This document shows positions 30,674 through 40,427 of a stretch of DNA of 64,000 nt, one piece after another; the stretch's first letter is position 1, and each line of letters begins with the position of its first letter. Under the pieces are notes generated by a model. The model saw nothing but the letters and a program-made list of their open reading frames with translations, made no database searches and was not told the origin of the DNA. The position numbers and the translations under genes were made by a program. Source of the DNA: Bacteroidales bacterium (GTDB lineage Bacteria > Bacteroidota > Bacteroidia > Bacteroidales > GCA-2748055); NCBI GenBank assembly GCA_023138875.1, contig JAGLOO010000064.1, forward strand, positions 9,196-73,195, in the 5' to 3' direction.

Positions 30674-31426
30674 ATGATGAGAGTAATGCTATTACTGATT
30701 CTTGCTTCAGGAGCAAACGGGCTGCTTGGCCAGAACCTTGTGGATGAGCAGGGCCGGAAGACCGGACAATGGAAGGTAGAATACCCCGGTGGGAATACCC
30801 TTTATGAAGCCAGATTCAAGGAGGGGAGGCCGGCGGGACTGATGGTCCGTTACTATGAGAGTGGAGCCGTTCGGGCACGTATGATGTTCGATTCCGTTGA
30901 GGATCGAAGCTTCACAAGGTTGTACTACAAAAATGGGAAACAGGCGGCTGAAGGATGGTTTGTGAATGAAGTGAAAGATTCTGTATGGACATATTTTTCA
31001 AAGTTTGACGGGTCTGTCAGGATCAGGGAATCCTATCTGGATGGGAACCTTCACGGTCCTGTCAGGAGTTTTTATCCCAGTGGGATTGTCTCTGAAGAAG
31101 TGATTTGGGTGCAGAACAGAATGGATGGTGCGTGGAAACAGTATTACAAAGACGGTTCCCTGAGGCTTGAATGCCAGTATAAAAATGATATGCTGAATGG
31201 ACCCTACAAGGTCTATTACGCCGACAGTACTCTGAAAGTCAGGGGAGAATACCGGGATAACAAATCCCATGGCATGTGGAGTTATTATGACGAAACAGGA
31301 ACGGAAAATTACGCCATTGAATTCCTCTTCGGTAAAGCAGTGGAACAGGAGAAATACCTGCAATTGATGGGGGATAGCCTGCAAAGGTTCGAGGTGACAA
31401 CAGAACCGGAGTTCATTCAACAATAA
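30674..31426 (+). CDS. MORN-variant repeat protein (YwqK-like)
   Basis: Repeated G.W..YY..G motifs; signal peptide. Confidence 0.85.
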   Translation: MMRVMLLLILASGANGLLGQNLVDEQGRKTGQWKVEYPGGNTLYEARFKEGRPAGLMVRYYESGAVRARMMFDSVEDRSFTRLYYKNGKQAAEGWFVNEVKDSVWTYFSKFDGSVRIRESYLDGNLHGPVRSFYPSGIVSEEVIWVQNRMDGAWKQYYKDGSLRLECQYKNDMLNGPYKVYYADSTLKVRGEYRDNKSHGMWSYYDETGTENYAIEFLFGKAVEQEKYLQLMGDSLQRFEVTTEPEFIQQ

Positions 31427-31436
31427 AACGATTCAC

Positions 31437-33065
31437 ATGAAGATCAGACTGGTCGCAGGATTACTGTTTATGATGTCTGTTGCTTCCGCGCAACAGATGG
31501 CCGATAACGTTTACTGGGTGTATTTTACAGATAAGAACGGGAACGGGTATGAAATTGATCACCCTGAAGCATTCCTTTCACAGCGTTCTGTGAACAGGAG
31601 GGCCTGGCAGGAGCTTGCCATTGATCGTCGGGATCTGCCGGTCACACAGGCCTACGTGGAGGAGTTGGAAGTAATGGGCGTGGAGGTAAAACACATTTCC
31701 AGATGGTTGAACGGAATTGCGATGATTAATGCCGACCAGCAGCTTTTCGAACAGGTCCTCGCAAAACCTTTTGTGGATACAGTTGCCTGGGAACCGGATA
31801 TGAACGACCTCTATTTTCCCCCTGCTCCCAACGGTAACAGGTTTGAGCCACCACTGATCACCCCGCCCGGATATGATTATGGAGTGGCAACCGAACAGAT
31901 CCTGATGATGGATATGGATTTCTTGCACGACAAAGGCTATACCGGTAAGGGTGTCTGGATAGCTGTCCTTGATGCAGGTTTTCGGAATGTGGACAGCCTG
32001 CCTTCTTTTGAAGCCATGATCAATGAAGGAAGATTGTTGGGAACCCGCAATTTTGTGAACGACATACCCATCTTCCGTCAAAATTCTATACATGGTATGT
32101 ATGTACTATCGACTATGGGCGCTGAATGGAATGGCAATATGATCGGTACTGCACCCCACGCCAGCTATTTCCTCTGTATGACAGAGAATCCGGATCAGGA
32201 GACGCGGATAGAGGAAGTGGCATGGATCGAGGCCGCTGAATATATTGACAGCCTGGGATTTGACGTGATCAATACTTCCCTGGGGTATTCCGATTTCGAC
32301 AGCACCGATTTCGATTATACATACAGGGACATGGATGGAAAAACCACCTATATTTCCAGAGCGGCATCCCTGACTGCTGCAAAGGGGATTATTGCGTGTA
32401 ACAGCGCCGGCAATTCAGGTGACAAATCGTGGTTTTATATTACGGCCCCTGCTGATGCGGACAACACTCTTGCGGTCGGGGCGGTGGACAGCACCAATGT
32501 GATCGGAAACTTCAGCTCGAGGGGTCCCTCTTTTGATGCAAGGATCAAGCCCGATGTAGTAGCCATGGGCGTTGCCACCTGTCTGCAAAGCGTATATGGC
32601 GGACTGGCCCGGGGAGGTGGGACCTCTTTTGCTTCACCGCTCGTAGCAGGATCGGTGGCCAGCTTATGGCAGGCCTATCCTGAAACACCCGCAAAAGAGC
32701 TGATCCATATGATACGGCAGAGTGGTGACTCGAATAAAAATCCCGATTCAACCTATGGTTTCGGACTTCCCAGTTTTGCAAAAGTTTACTGGAGTATCAC
32801 CGGTGTTCCAGCACAGTTCATACCCGGACAGATGGAGATCTATCCGAATCCGGCCCGGCAACACATCATGATAAGGTTGCCTGAAGAAAATATGACTGGC
32901 AGTTATGATCTGCGCTTCCTCGATATGAGCGGGAGGATCTTGCATTCACAACAGGTCTCAATCCCAGGTGAAGTATACCTGCCTGATGTGCTGATGAGCG
33001 GTCTGTACATCGTGGAGGTCAAAACACCACGGGGTGTTTATCACAGCCGGCTAATCAAAGAGTAA
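31437..33065 (+). CDS. S8 subtilase with T9SS type A sorting domain
   Basis: AVLDAG, HGMYVLS, GTSFASP triad; IYPNPA...GLYIVEV...RLIKE CTD. Confidence 0.93.
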   Translation: MKIRLVAGLLFMMSVASAQQMADNVYWVYFTDKNGNGYEIDHPEAFLSQRSVNRRAWQELAIDRRDLPVTQAYVEELEVMGVEVKHISRWLNGIAMINADQQLFEQVLAKPFVDTVAWEPDMNDLYFPPAPNGNRFEPPLITPPGYDYGVATEQILMMDMDFLHDKGYTGKGVWIAVLDAGFRNVDSLPSFEAMINEGRLLGTRNFVNDIPIFRQNSIHGMYVLSTMGAEWNGNMIGTAPHASYFLCMTENPDQETRIEEVAWIEAAEYIDSLGFDVINTSLGYSDFDSTDFDYTYRDMDGKTTYISRAASLTAAKGIIACNSAGNSGDKSWFYITAPADADNTLAVGAVDSTNVIGNFSSRGPSFDARIKPDVVAMGVATCLQSVYGGLARGGGTSFASPLVAGSVASLWQAYPETPAKELIHMIRQSGDSNKNPDSTYGFGLPSFAKVYWSITGVPAQFIPGQMEIYPNPARQHIMIRLPEENMTGSYDLRFLDMSGRILHSQQVSIPGEVYLPDVLMSGLYIVEVKTPRGVYHSRLIKE

Positions 33066-34327
33066 TGCCTGAAGGTTCATTGTCATTATCGGATCTCCTC
33101 CTGCAGGTCAGGAACGTGCTGGGGAAAGAGTTTTCCGGCACATACTGGATCGTAGCCGAGATCCTTGAACTACACGTAAACAGGAGCGGACACTGCTACA
33201 TGGAGTTGATCGAAAAGAGCAATGAGAATGATACACTCCTGGCCCGCGCAAAAGGGACCATCTGGGCCTCCAGGTACAGCATGCTTCGCCCCTTCTTCGA
33301 AACCTCCACCGGTACCGAACTGAAAAGTGGTATTAAAATGTTATGCAAGGCTTCTGTAGAATTTCATGCCCAGTATGGTTTTAGCCTCAACATCACTGAT
33401 ATCGATCCCAGCTATACACTGGGCGATCTGGCCAGGAAGAAACAGGAGGTGATCAGGAAACTACGGGAAGACGGGGTAATGGAAATGAACAAAGAAATCC
33501 CCTTTCCGCGAGTCCCTCAGCGCATTGCCATAATCTCCTCGGAAACTGCTGCTGGCTATGGCGATTTTATGGAATCCATCCGGAACAACAACCAGGGATT
33601 TAATTTTCACACCATGTTGTTCCCGGCAGTTATGCAGGGAAATGATACCCCGGATTCCATCATCAGTGCCCTGGATAAAGTATTTGAATCGGTGTCTGAA
33701 TATGACTGTATAGTCATCATCAGGGGTGGTGGATCCAAGGCCGACCTGGAGAGTTATAACAATTACGACCTGGCCTATTTCATTACCCAGTTTCCGTTGC
33801 CGGTAATCACAGGGATCGGGCATGAAAGGGATGAATCGGTGGTGGATATGGTAGCCGCCCTGGGTCTCAAAACACCTACCGCAGTGGCTGAATTCCTCGT
33901 GGACCAGCTCCTCGCATTCGATTTTCATCTGTCAGCTCTCCATGATAATCTGTCCACCTCGGTAAAGCGGATCGTACAGGTTCAGGTAGCTCAGCTGGAA
34001 CGCTATTCGAGCAACCTGGAGCATCTATCCAGGGGCTTTCTTCACAAGAAAACAGAACATCTGCAGCAGGTCAGCCTGTTCCTTGGCCGGGAGGTGAATA
34101 GCTACCTGACAAGGAAAAAGGATCACCTTACCCTTCTTGAAACCCGCACAGAACTTGTTAATCCTGAGAATATCCTGAGAAGGGGGTACTCCATGACCCT
34201 GCTGGACGGGAAAGCCCTGACGGGTATAAAAAATGTAAAACCTGGAGACCTTCTGGAAACCAGGCTTTATAAAGGAAAGATCCTAAGTAAAGTTGAAAAA
34301 ACCACAGGAAAAAATGGCAAAAGATAA
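33065..34327 (+). CDS. xseA: Exodeoxyribonuclease VII large subunit
   Basis: SGHCY, RGGGS, TGIGHERD, KTPTA, LRRGYS. Confidence 0.95.
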   Translation: MPEGSLSLSDLLLQVRNVLGKEFSGTYWIVAEILELHVNRSGHCYMELIEKSNENDTLLARAKGTIWASRYSMLRPFFETSTGTELKSGIKMLCKASVEFHAQYGFSLNITDIDPSYTLGDLARKKQEVIRKLREDGVMEMNKEIPFPRVPQRIAIISSETAAGYGDFMESIRNNNQGFNFHTMLFPAVMQGNDTPDSIISALDKVFESVSEYDCIVIIRGGGSKADLESYNNYDLAYFITQFPLPVITGIGHERDESVVDMVAALGLKTPTAVAEFLVDQLLAFDFHLSALHDNLSTSVKRIVQVQVAQLERYSSNLEHLSRGFLHKKTEHLQQVSLFLGREVNSYLTRKKDHLTLLETRTELVNPENILRRGYSMTLLDGKALTGIKNVKPGDLLETRLYKGKILSKVEKTTGKNGKR

Positions 34328-34508
34328 AATGAGTTTTGACAGTGCGGTAAAAGAGATTGAGACGATCCTGGAAAAGATCGAGGGGGGTGACCTGGGTGTG
34401 GACGAGCTTGCGGAAAAGGTGAGCCGTGTTACCGAACTGCTGAAAACATGTCGTGACAGGCTTTATAAGACCGAAGAGCAGATCAACAAAATCCTGGGTG
34501 GATCCTAG
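34314..34508 (+). CDS. xseB: Exodeoxyribonuclease VII small subunit
   Basis: SFDSAVKEIETILEKIE...L..C...L; follows xseA. Confidence 0.9.
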   Translation: MAKDKMSFDSAVKEIETILEKIEGGDLGVDELAEKVSRVTELLKTCRDRLYKTEEQINKILGGS

Positions 34509-34509
34509 G

Positions 34510-37500
34510 CTATATATACTTAGCCAGGGTATTCAGCAATTCGTCCACTTTAATTGGCTTGCTGAGATAATCATCACATCCTGCTTCCCTGCTGATCTCC
34601 CGCTCACCCGACATGGCATAAGCGGTCTGTGCAATCACAGGAAGATCCGGTCGTTCCTTTTTGATGACCTTTGTACATTCATACCCGTTGAGCAGTGGCA
34701 TCTGGATATCCATTAAAATAAGGTTCAGGTCACTGTTATTCCTGAATATCTCAAGGGTTTCCTCTCCATCCTTGGACCACAGGATCTCCACCCCGGTATC
34801 CCTCAAAGCTTCAAAAAGAAAATAGAAATTGGAATGGTCGTCTTCGGCAATCAATAATTTCTTGTTCTCCCAGGATTTCATTTCAGATGTTCGTGTCCTT
34901 AACGCAGCTTCATGCTTCAAGGGTACCTCGTTCCGGGGCAGGGTAAACCAGAATGTGGCCCCTTCGCCTGATACAGATTTCACACCAATCTGACCACCCA
35001 GAATTTCGGTCAGGTTCTTGGAGATAGCCAGGCCCAGGCCGGTACCACCGTAAAGCTTTGTTTTGGTCTCGTGACCCTGCATGAAACGGCCAAAGATCAA
35101 CGCCTGCTTCTCTACCCTGATCCCGATGCCTGAGTCCTTCACATAGAAGAGGATCCCTTCCGAATGCTCCTCAATGCCAAGCACAATCTCACCCTCGTCG
35201 GCGAATTTGACCGCATTGCTCAGCAGGTTGACTAAGATTTGCTTGAGCCTGAATGGATCAGTATAGATTGCCAGGTCGTTCACAGGCCAGTCCCAACGCA
35301 GATTGATGGTCAGATGATCCTTCCCGGTTCGCTTAACGTTCTGGAGAAACATCAGATGCAATTCTTTGAACATGTCCCTGATTAAGCACTCGGCAATATG
35401 AACATTTACCTGTCCTGCCTCTATTTTTGCTATATCGATGATATCATCTATGAGCCGCATCAGGTCATCGGCCCCCTGGTTAATCTGGGCAATAAAATCC
35501 CTGCGCTCTTCTGGTGTCAGGCCATTATCCGAAAGCAGATCCGAGAAACCTACAATGGCATTCATAGGTGTCCTGATCTCGTGGGACATGTTGGAAAGGA
35601 AAGCTGTTTTAAGCTTGTCTGATTCCTCTGCTTTATGCTTGGCTTCAAGTAATTTTCTTTCAGCCTCTTTCCTGTCAGTGATATTCTTCAGGATAAACAC
35701 CATCGAATCAGGCTTTCCGTTGCTGGTGTAAATGGCACCACAGGAGACCTCTCCTTCGAATGTCTCCCCGTCGGGTCGTATAATCTGGTATTCCAGGTTC
35801 TTCAAATAGCCCGATTCCCAGGTCAGGTTAAAGTCCTTCATGGCCTGCCGCCAGTGCATCCTGCCAATGAAGCGGAAGATTTTCTCACCAAGAACAAGCT
35901 CTGACTCCACATTAAAAACCTCCAGGAAGGCGCTGTTATAATCGAGGATCACTGCATTAGTATCCGTAACGATCATCGGATCGGGCGATGATTCAAAAAT
36001 CCGCCGCTGTTTCTCCTGAGTGGCCCTCAAATAATCCTGGTGCCTGCGCCGGTTAATGGCCATGGCAATCTGGTCACTGGCAAATTCAAGCAGTGAGGCA
36101 TCCGATCTGGTATAGACAACATCGTCGGTATAGGATTGAATAGCAAATACACCGATGGTCCTTCCTTCATGCTTCAGGGGAACTCCCAGCCAGCTTTTGC
36201 ACGGCGCACCCACCGGTTCAATCTCACCCGATTCTGTCAGCTCCTTTTCACGGTTAGTGTCCACCAACTGAGCTTCGCCTGTCCTGATCACAAAACTGGT
36301 CAGGGTCTTCCTGGCGGGAAACTCGGTGAAGGAGTCCATTTCATCCTTCATAAACGGAAGGGTCAGGGTATCAGTGTCCTCGTTATACAGGGCCAGGAAA
36401 CAATTGGTCGTATCCAACACCTTGCCCAGGTACTCCCTGATCTTGTAGTATAATTCTTCCAGGCTCTGCGTAGTCGTAACTGCATTTGAAATATCAAACA
36501 GCACCTGTTTCACCTGGTCAGCCCGTTTTCTTTCATTGATGTTCTCATGGATACCCATGAGCCTGATGGTATTCCCCTGGTCATCATGCTCTACGGCTTT
36601 TCCCCTGCAAAGGATCCAGACAAAATCTCCGCTCACAGTTCTGAGCCTGAATTCGATCTCAAAGGAAGCATCCCGGTTTTTCACACTTGTTTCCACGGCT
36701 TGCACAGCCCCTTTGTGGTCGTCCGGATGAAGGAGTGAAGCCCATGTGTCAAATTCATGGGGCAGCTCATCGGGTTTATATCCCAACATGGAAAACCATA
36801 TGGGTGAAAAATAGACCTCATTGGTAACAACGTTCCAGTCCCATAAACCCAGGTTGTTGGCTTGAAGGGCCAGGTTCAGTCGTTCCTCGCTCTCTCTGAG
36901 AGCATCCTGAGACTTTCTTGACTCAGTGATATCCCTTGCCACAGCAACCACTGAATGGATTGCCTCAGAACTACCACCCTCAGGGTTTAACCTCCATTCA
37001 TAAGTGATAATCTTATTGTTCAGTTCAAGGTCGAATTCAATGGTATGTGGTTTCCCTGACGTAAAGACAGTCTCCAGGGCTTCCTCCCAGATTACTACTT
37101 TATCCTCCGGAAAAATCGCCATCTCACGATGGCTCTTATTGATAAAATCCTTGATCTTTATTCCGGTTTGAATCTCTGCAGTACGATTCACATAAACATG
37201 CCGGTGGTTGCGATCAAACCGCATGATCACATCCGGTGAGTTTTCAGCAAATGCCCTGAAATGCTCCTGGGATTCACTGAGGGCATGCTCCACTTCCTGT
37301 CGTTGCTTGATGACTTTGGAGTACTTCTGGGATGAGTAGACAGATGGTACCAGTTTAGAAAATTGTCCTTTCAACACATAGTCCCACACCCCCGATTTCA
37401 GGGTATCTGCAGCCCCTCTTTCATTTTTTTCACCCACCAGGTAGATCAATGGTACATCAGAATAGTAAGGTAGCATCTCCTTCTCCAATACCTCTCTGAG

Positions 37501-37692
37501 GTTATCAGGAAGGTCAAAATCGGAAATGATCAGGTCCGGGGGATTACCGGTTAACCTGGATTTCAATGTGTCCCGGTCCTTGTACTGGCAGTGATCCACA
37601 TCAAATCCTCCCTCCTTCAGGGTCAATAAGACATCATCCACCACAAGTGGGTCCAGATTCCAGAAACAGATACTAATTTTCAGACCGGCCAT
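34510..37692 (-). CDS. Cytoplasmic hybrid histidine kinase (REC-PAS-PAS-GAF-PAS-HisKA-HATPase-REC)
   Basis: MSHEIRTPMN, NLLSNAVKF, DSGIG, GTGLGL; terminal MDIQMP; no TM segments seen. Confidence 0.92.
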   Translation of the reverse strand: MAGLKISICFWNLDPLVVDDVLLTLKEGGFDVDHCQYKDRDTLKSRLTGNPPDLIISDFDLPDNLREVLEKEMLPYYSDVPLIYLVGEKNERGAADTLKSGVWDYVLKGQFSKLVPSVYSSQKYSKVIKQRQEVEHALSESQEHFRAFAENSPDVIMRFDRNHRHVYVNRTAEIQTGIKIKDFINKSHREMAIFPEDKVVIWEEALETVFTSGKPHTIEFDLELNNKIITYEWRLNPEGGSSEAIHSVVAVARDITESRKSQDALRESEERLNLALQANNLGLWDWNVVTNEVYFSPIWFSMLGYKPDELPHEFDTWASLLHPDDHKGAVQAVETSVKNRDASFEIEFRLRTVSGDFVWILCRGKAVEHDDQGNTIRLMGIHENINERKRADQVKQVLFDISNAVTTTQSLEELYYKIREYLGKVLDTTNCFLALYNEDTDTLTLPFMKDEMDSFTEFPARKTLTSFVIRTGEAQLVDTNREKELTESGEIEPVGAPCKSWLGVPLKHEGRTIGVFAIQSYTDDVVYTRSDASLLEFASDQIAMAINRRRHQDYLRATQEKQRRIFESSPDPMIVTDTNAVILDYNSAFLEVFNVESELVLGEKIFRFIGRMHWRQAMKDFNLTWESGYLKNLEYQIIRPDGETFEGEVSCGAIYTSNGKPDSMVFILKNITDRKEAERKLLEAKHKAEESDKLKTAFLSNMSHEIRTPMNAIVGFSDLLSDNGLTPEERRDFIAQINQGADDLMRLIDDIIDIAKIEAGQVNVHIAECLIRDMFKELHLMFLQNVKRTGKDHLTINLRWDWPVNDLAIYTDPFRLKQILVNLLSNAVKFADEGEIVLGIEEHSEGILFYVKDSGIGIRVEKQALIFGRFMQGHETKTKLYGGTGLGLAISKNLTEILGGQIGVKSVSGEGATFWFTLPRNEVPLKHEAALRTRTSEMKSWENKKLLIAEDDHSNFYFLFEALRDTGVEILWSKDGEETLEIFRNNSDLNLILMDIQMPLLNGYECTKVIKKERPDLPVIAQTAYAMSGEREISREAGCDDYLSKPIKVDELLNTLAKYI

Positions 37693-37765
37693 TAGGGTTG
37701 AATCAACATTCCATGTTTTCGATGTGTAAATTAATTAAAAAATATTGAATGGACATAATGCTTTT

Positions 37766-40189
37766 TCAGAATCTCAAACGGATACCTGCCATCAGATGTG
37801 TTCCTGCCTGTGGATAAAATCCGTCAAAAGAGCCTTCCATCCCTCCCTGGTAATACCTGTAAATCCACGCATTGGTCTCATATTCCACATTGAACAGGTT
37901 CAACACCTGGAGCTGCACGGAGATTTCATTCATGAATTGTGGATAAAACGCATATGAGATCCTGAAATCATTAATGAAGTAAGGGTTCAGTATCCTTTCC
38001 TCCGATGAGGTATTATCGATATATTGTTTCCCCACATACCTGGAGACCAGATTCACATGCAGATGCTGAACGGGCTGAAAATCAAGACGGCTATTGAGGA
38101 TTATCCCGGGTGAAAAGGAAAGATCGGTGGTTCCCAGCTCCTCCTTTACCTGGTAAGATTCGTTGACGGGATCAGACCAGTAATCCCAGTTATCCACATA
38201 CCCGGTATAATGAAGGATCTTATTCCTGCTGAATGTAATGTTGAAATCCCATTGGAACCATGAGGTAAACCTGGCACTTCCGGCCAGTTCAACCCCTGCC
38301 CTGTAACTATCCTTCACATTGGTCATGATGGCGCTTCCCACATCATTGATCTCACCGGTCAGCACCAGCTGGTCGGTATAATCCATATAATATACATTAG
38401 CGCTGAGATTATAATCCTGACCCTGGATGGTATATCCGGCTTCATAGTCAACCATGGTTTCTTTTACAGGAGCGGGACCGGAGGGATCTGCATCTACAAA
38501 GTTGCTGCGGTTGGGTTCGCGGTTTGCCCGTGCCACAAAAATATAAACTTTCTGGAACCGGTCCACCTGGAGGTTGATTCCGGCCTTGGGATTGAAAAAA
38601 AGATAATGATGGTCCTGGGTAATATCCCTCAGGTCATCATCCGCCCCTTGGATACTATAGTCGATTCCCCTGACCTGCAAATCTGTGAAAAGGGAGATTC
38701 GCTCACCAGTCTCAAGGTTGATTTTCAAATAACTGTTCCAGTCTGACTTCATACCGTTGTTCTCGTACCACCTGTGGCGGATCTCGCTCTCTCCCGGCTG
38801 CCTGATCCAGATCACAGTCCCAAAGTGGTCCCCCTCATACTGGTTCCATCCACCTCCAAGAATGGCACTGAACCTGTCAGTCCGGTAGTGCAGACCGCCC
38901 ACAAATCCATAGAAATCGTTGTCAAGCCATTTTCTTCGGATCAGGTCACTCTCCCCGATGGTGTCTCCGCCAATAACCACATCATCAAGGAGATATGAGG
39001 AAAGCGACTGATCTTCCTTGTACTGTTCATAATAACCGGCTCCCTTGGTGTAGTGCAACGCAACATTTGCATAGAACCTTTCATTGAATGCCCTGGACAG
39101 GTGCAACTGGTAGTGATCCTGCCTGTAGTTGTCTACCTGGTTATCATAATAAGCAATGTTACCATCCGGATTTGTATATGCCCCCAGTTCATTGTAAGTA
39201 CGCTGCGAATCCAGGAGGTAGGAAGGCACCCCGTTCCAGGCCTGATAAAGCTTCTCCTTTCCCGAGAAGGTGATGAACTTTACAAGGGTTTTAGAATCAA
39301 AGTATCCTGCTGAGACATAGTAGGATTGAAGATCGGTCCACGACCTGTCAATATACCCGTTAGAATGCAAATCAGACAACCGCAGATCTACCGCAAAATG
39401 ATCCTTGATCAGACCGGTCCCGGCCGAAATAGCATTTCTCACCGAATGGAAAGAACCAAATGTGCCATCATATATTGCGTATGGCTCCTTCTCAAGTTTC
39501 TGTGTCTGGAAGTTGATACTTGCCCCGAAAGCAGCAGCACCATTGGTGGAAGTACCTACACCACGCTGGATCTGGATGTTATCCACAGAAGTGGAAATAT
39601 CGGGAAGATCCACCCAGTAAACGGAATGAGACTCAGCGTCGTTCAGGGGGATCCCATTGATGGTTACATTGATCCTGTTGGCATCTGTACCCCTGATCCT
39701 CATGGATGTATACCCGATGCCATGACCCGCATCGGAGGTGGTGACCAGGGAGGGTGTGAAGGATAAAAGGTAAGGGACATCCTGACCAAAATTCCGTGAT
39801 GTGATCTCCTCTCTGTCTATAACCGTATAGGCAACAGGTGTTTTCGATCCTGCACGGATGGCGGTGATGATCACTTCCTCACCCATGATGGTGGTCCTGG
39901 CCAAACCAATCGTCCCCAGATCCAGATCTGCCGACAGTGTGATCGTTTCGGACCAGGTTTCATAACCTACAAAGGTAACCATCAGGGTGTAGGTACTCCC
40001 GGGCAACCCGCCTATAAAAAATGTTCCATCTGCAGAGGTAACAGTTCCCCTGTTTACATCTGTCAGCATCAGGTTAGCACCCGGAAGGGGATTGTTCTGT
40101 TCATCTGTAACAACACCGGAAATGGTGTACTGACTGAATGCTGACATGGTCAACATAGACCACATAAACGCCAAGGCTGTTCGCTTCAT
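37766..40189 (-). CDS. TonB-dependent receptor, probably for thiamine
   Basis: CarboxypepD-like N-domain, plug RIRG...NGIPLND...QRGVGTSTNGAAAFG, terminal F; under TPP riboswitch. Confidence 0.9.
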   Translation of the reverse strand: MKRTALAFMWSMLTMSAFSQYTISGVVTDEQNNPLPGANLMLTDVNRGTVTSADGTFFIGGLPGSTYTLMVTFVGYETWSETITLSADLDLGTIGLARTTIMGEEVIITAIRAGSKTPVAYTVIDREEITSRNFGQDVPYLLSFTPSLVTTSDAGHGIGYTSMRIRGTDANRINVTINGIPLNDAESHSVYWVDLPDISTSVDNIQIQRGVGTSTNGAAAFGASINFQTQKLEKEPYAIYDGTFGSFHSVRNAISAGTGLIKDHFAVDLRLSDLHSNGYIDRSWTDLQSYYVSAGYFDSKTLVKFITFSGKEKLYQAWNGVPSYLLDSQRTYNELGAYTNPDGNIAYYDNQVDNYRQDHYQLHLSRAFNERFYANVALHYTKGAGYYEQYKEDQSLSSYLLDDVVIGGDTIGESDLIRRKWLDNDFYGFVGGLHYRTDRFSAILGGGWNQYEGDHFGTVIWIRQPGESEIRHRWYENNGMKSDWNSYLKINLETGERISLFTDLQVRGIDYSIQGADDDLRDITQDHHYLFFNPKAGINLQVDRFQKVYIFVARANREPNRSNFVDADPSGPAPVKETMVDYEAGYTIQGQDYNLSANVYYMDYTDQLVLTGEINDVGSAIMTNVKDSYRAGVELAGSARFTSWFQWDFNITFSRNKILHYTGYVDNWDYWSDPVNESYQVKEELGTTDLSFSPGIILNSRLDFQPVQHLHVNLVSRYVGKQYIDNTSSEERILNPYFINDFRISYAFYPQFMNEISVQLQVLNLFNVEYETNAWIYRYYQGGMEGSFDGFYPQAGTHLMAGIRLRF

Positions 40190-40227
40190 CGAAATTCGTT
40201 TAAATAAAAATTAACATATGATCCTCT

Positions 40228-40305
40228 TTATCCCTACACCGGCATTACCCGGATCAGGTTCTAAGGGTATAATCTCAGCCTGTTTTTTGAGGCACCCCCT
40301 TAGGG
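40228..40305 (-). ncRNA. TPP (thi-box) riboswitch
   Basis: Minus strand GGGGTGCC...GGCTGAGATTATACCCTTAGAACCTGATCCGGGTAATGCCGGTGTAGGGA matches the TPP aptamer core. Confidence 0.95.
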
Positions 40306-40427
40306 AAATTCAGCTATAAAGGTAGTGAATTTAAGATTTACTACGTAACAAATGGATATTTTAATCCACGCGAACTATAATTCGTGATGCAGCAAAATAT
40401 TGTATTTTTGTGTCAACAAATTTAGAA

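Noticed and set aside
30674-31426. Toxin-antitoxin system from the YwqK-like label
   Set aside because: Generic secreted MORN-variant repeats; no adjacent toxin.
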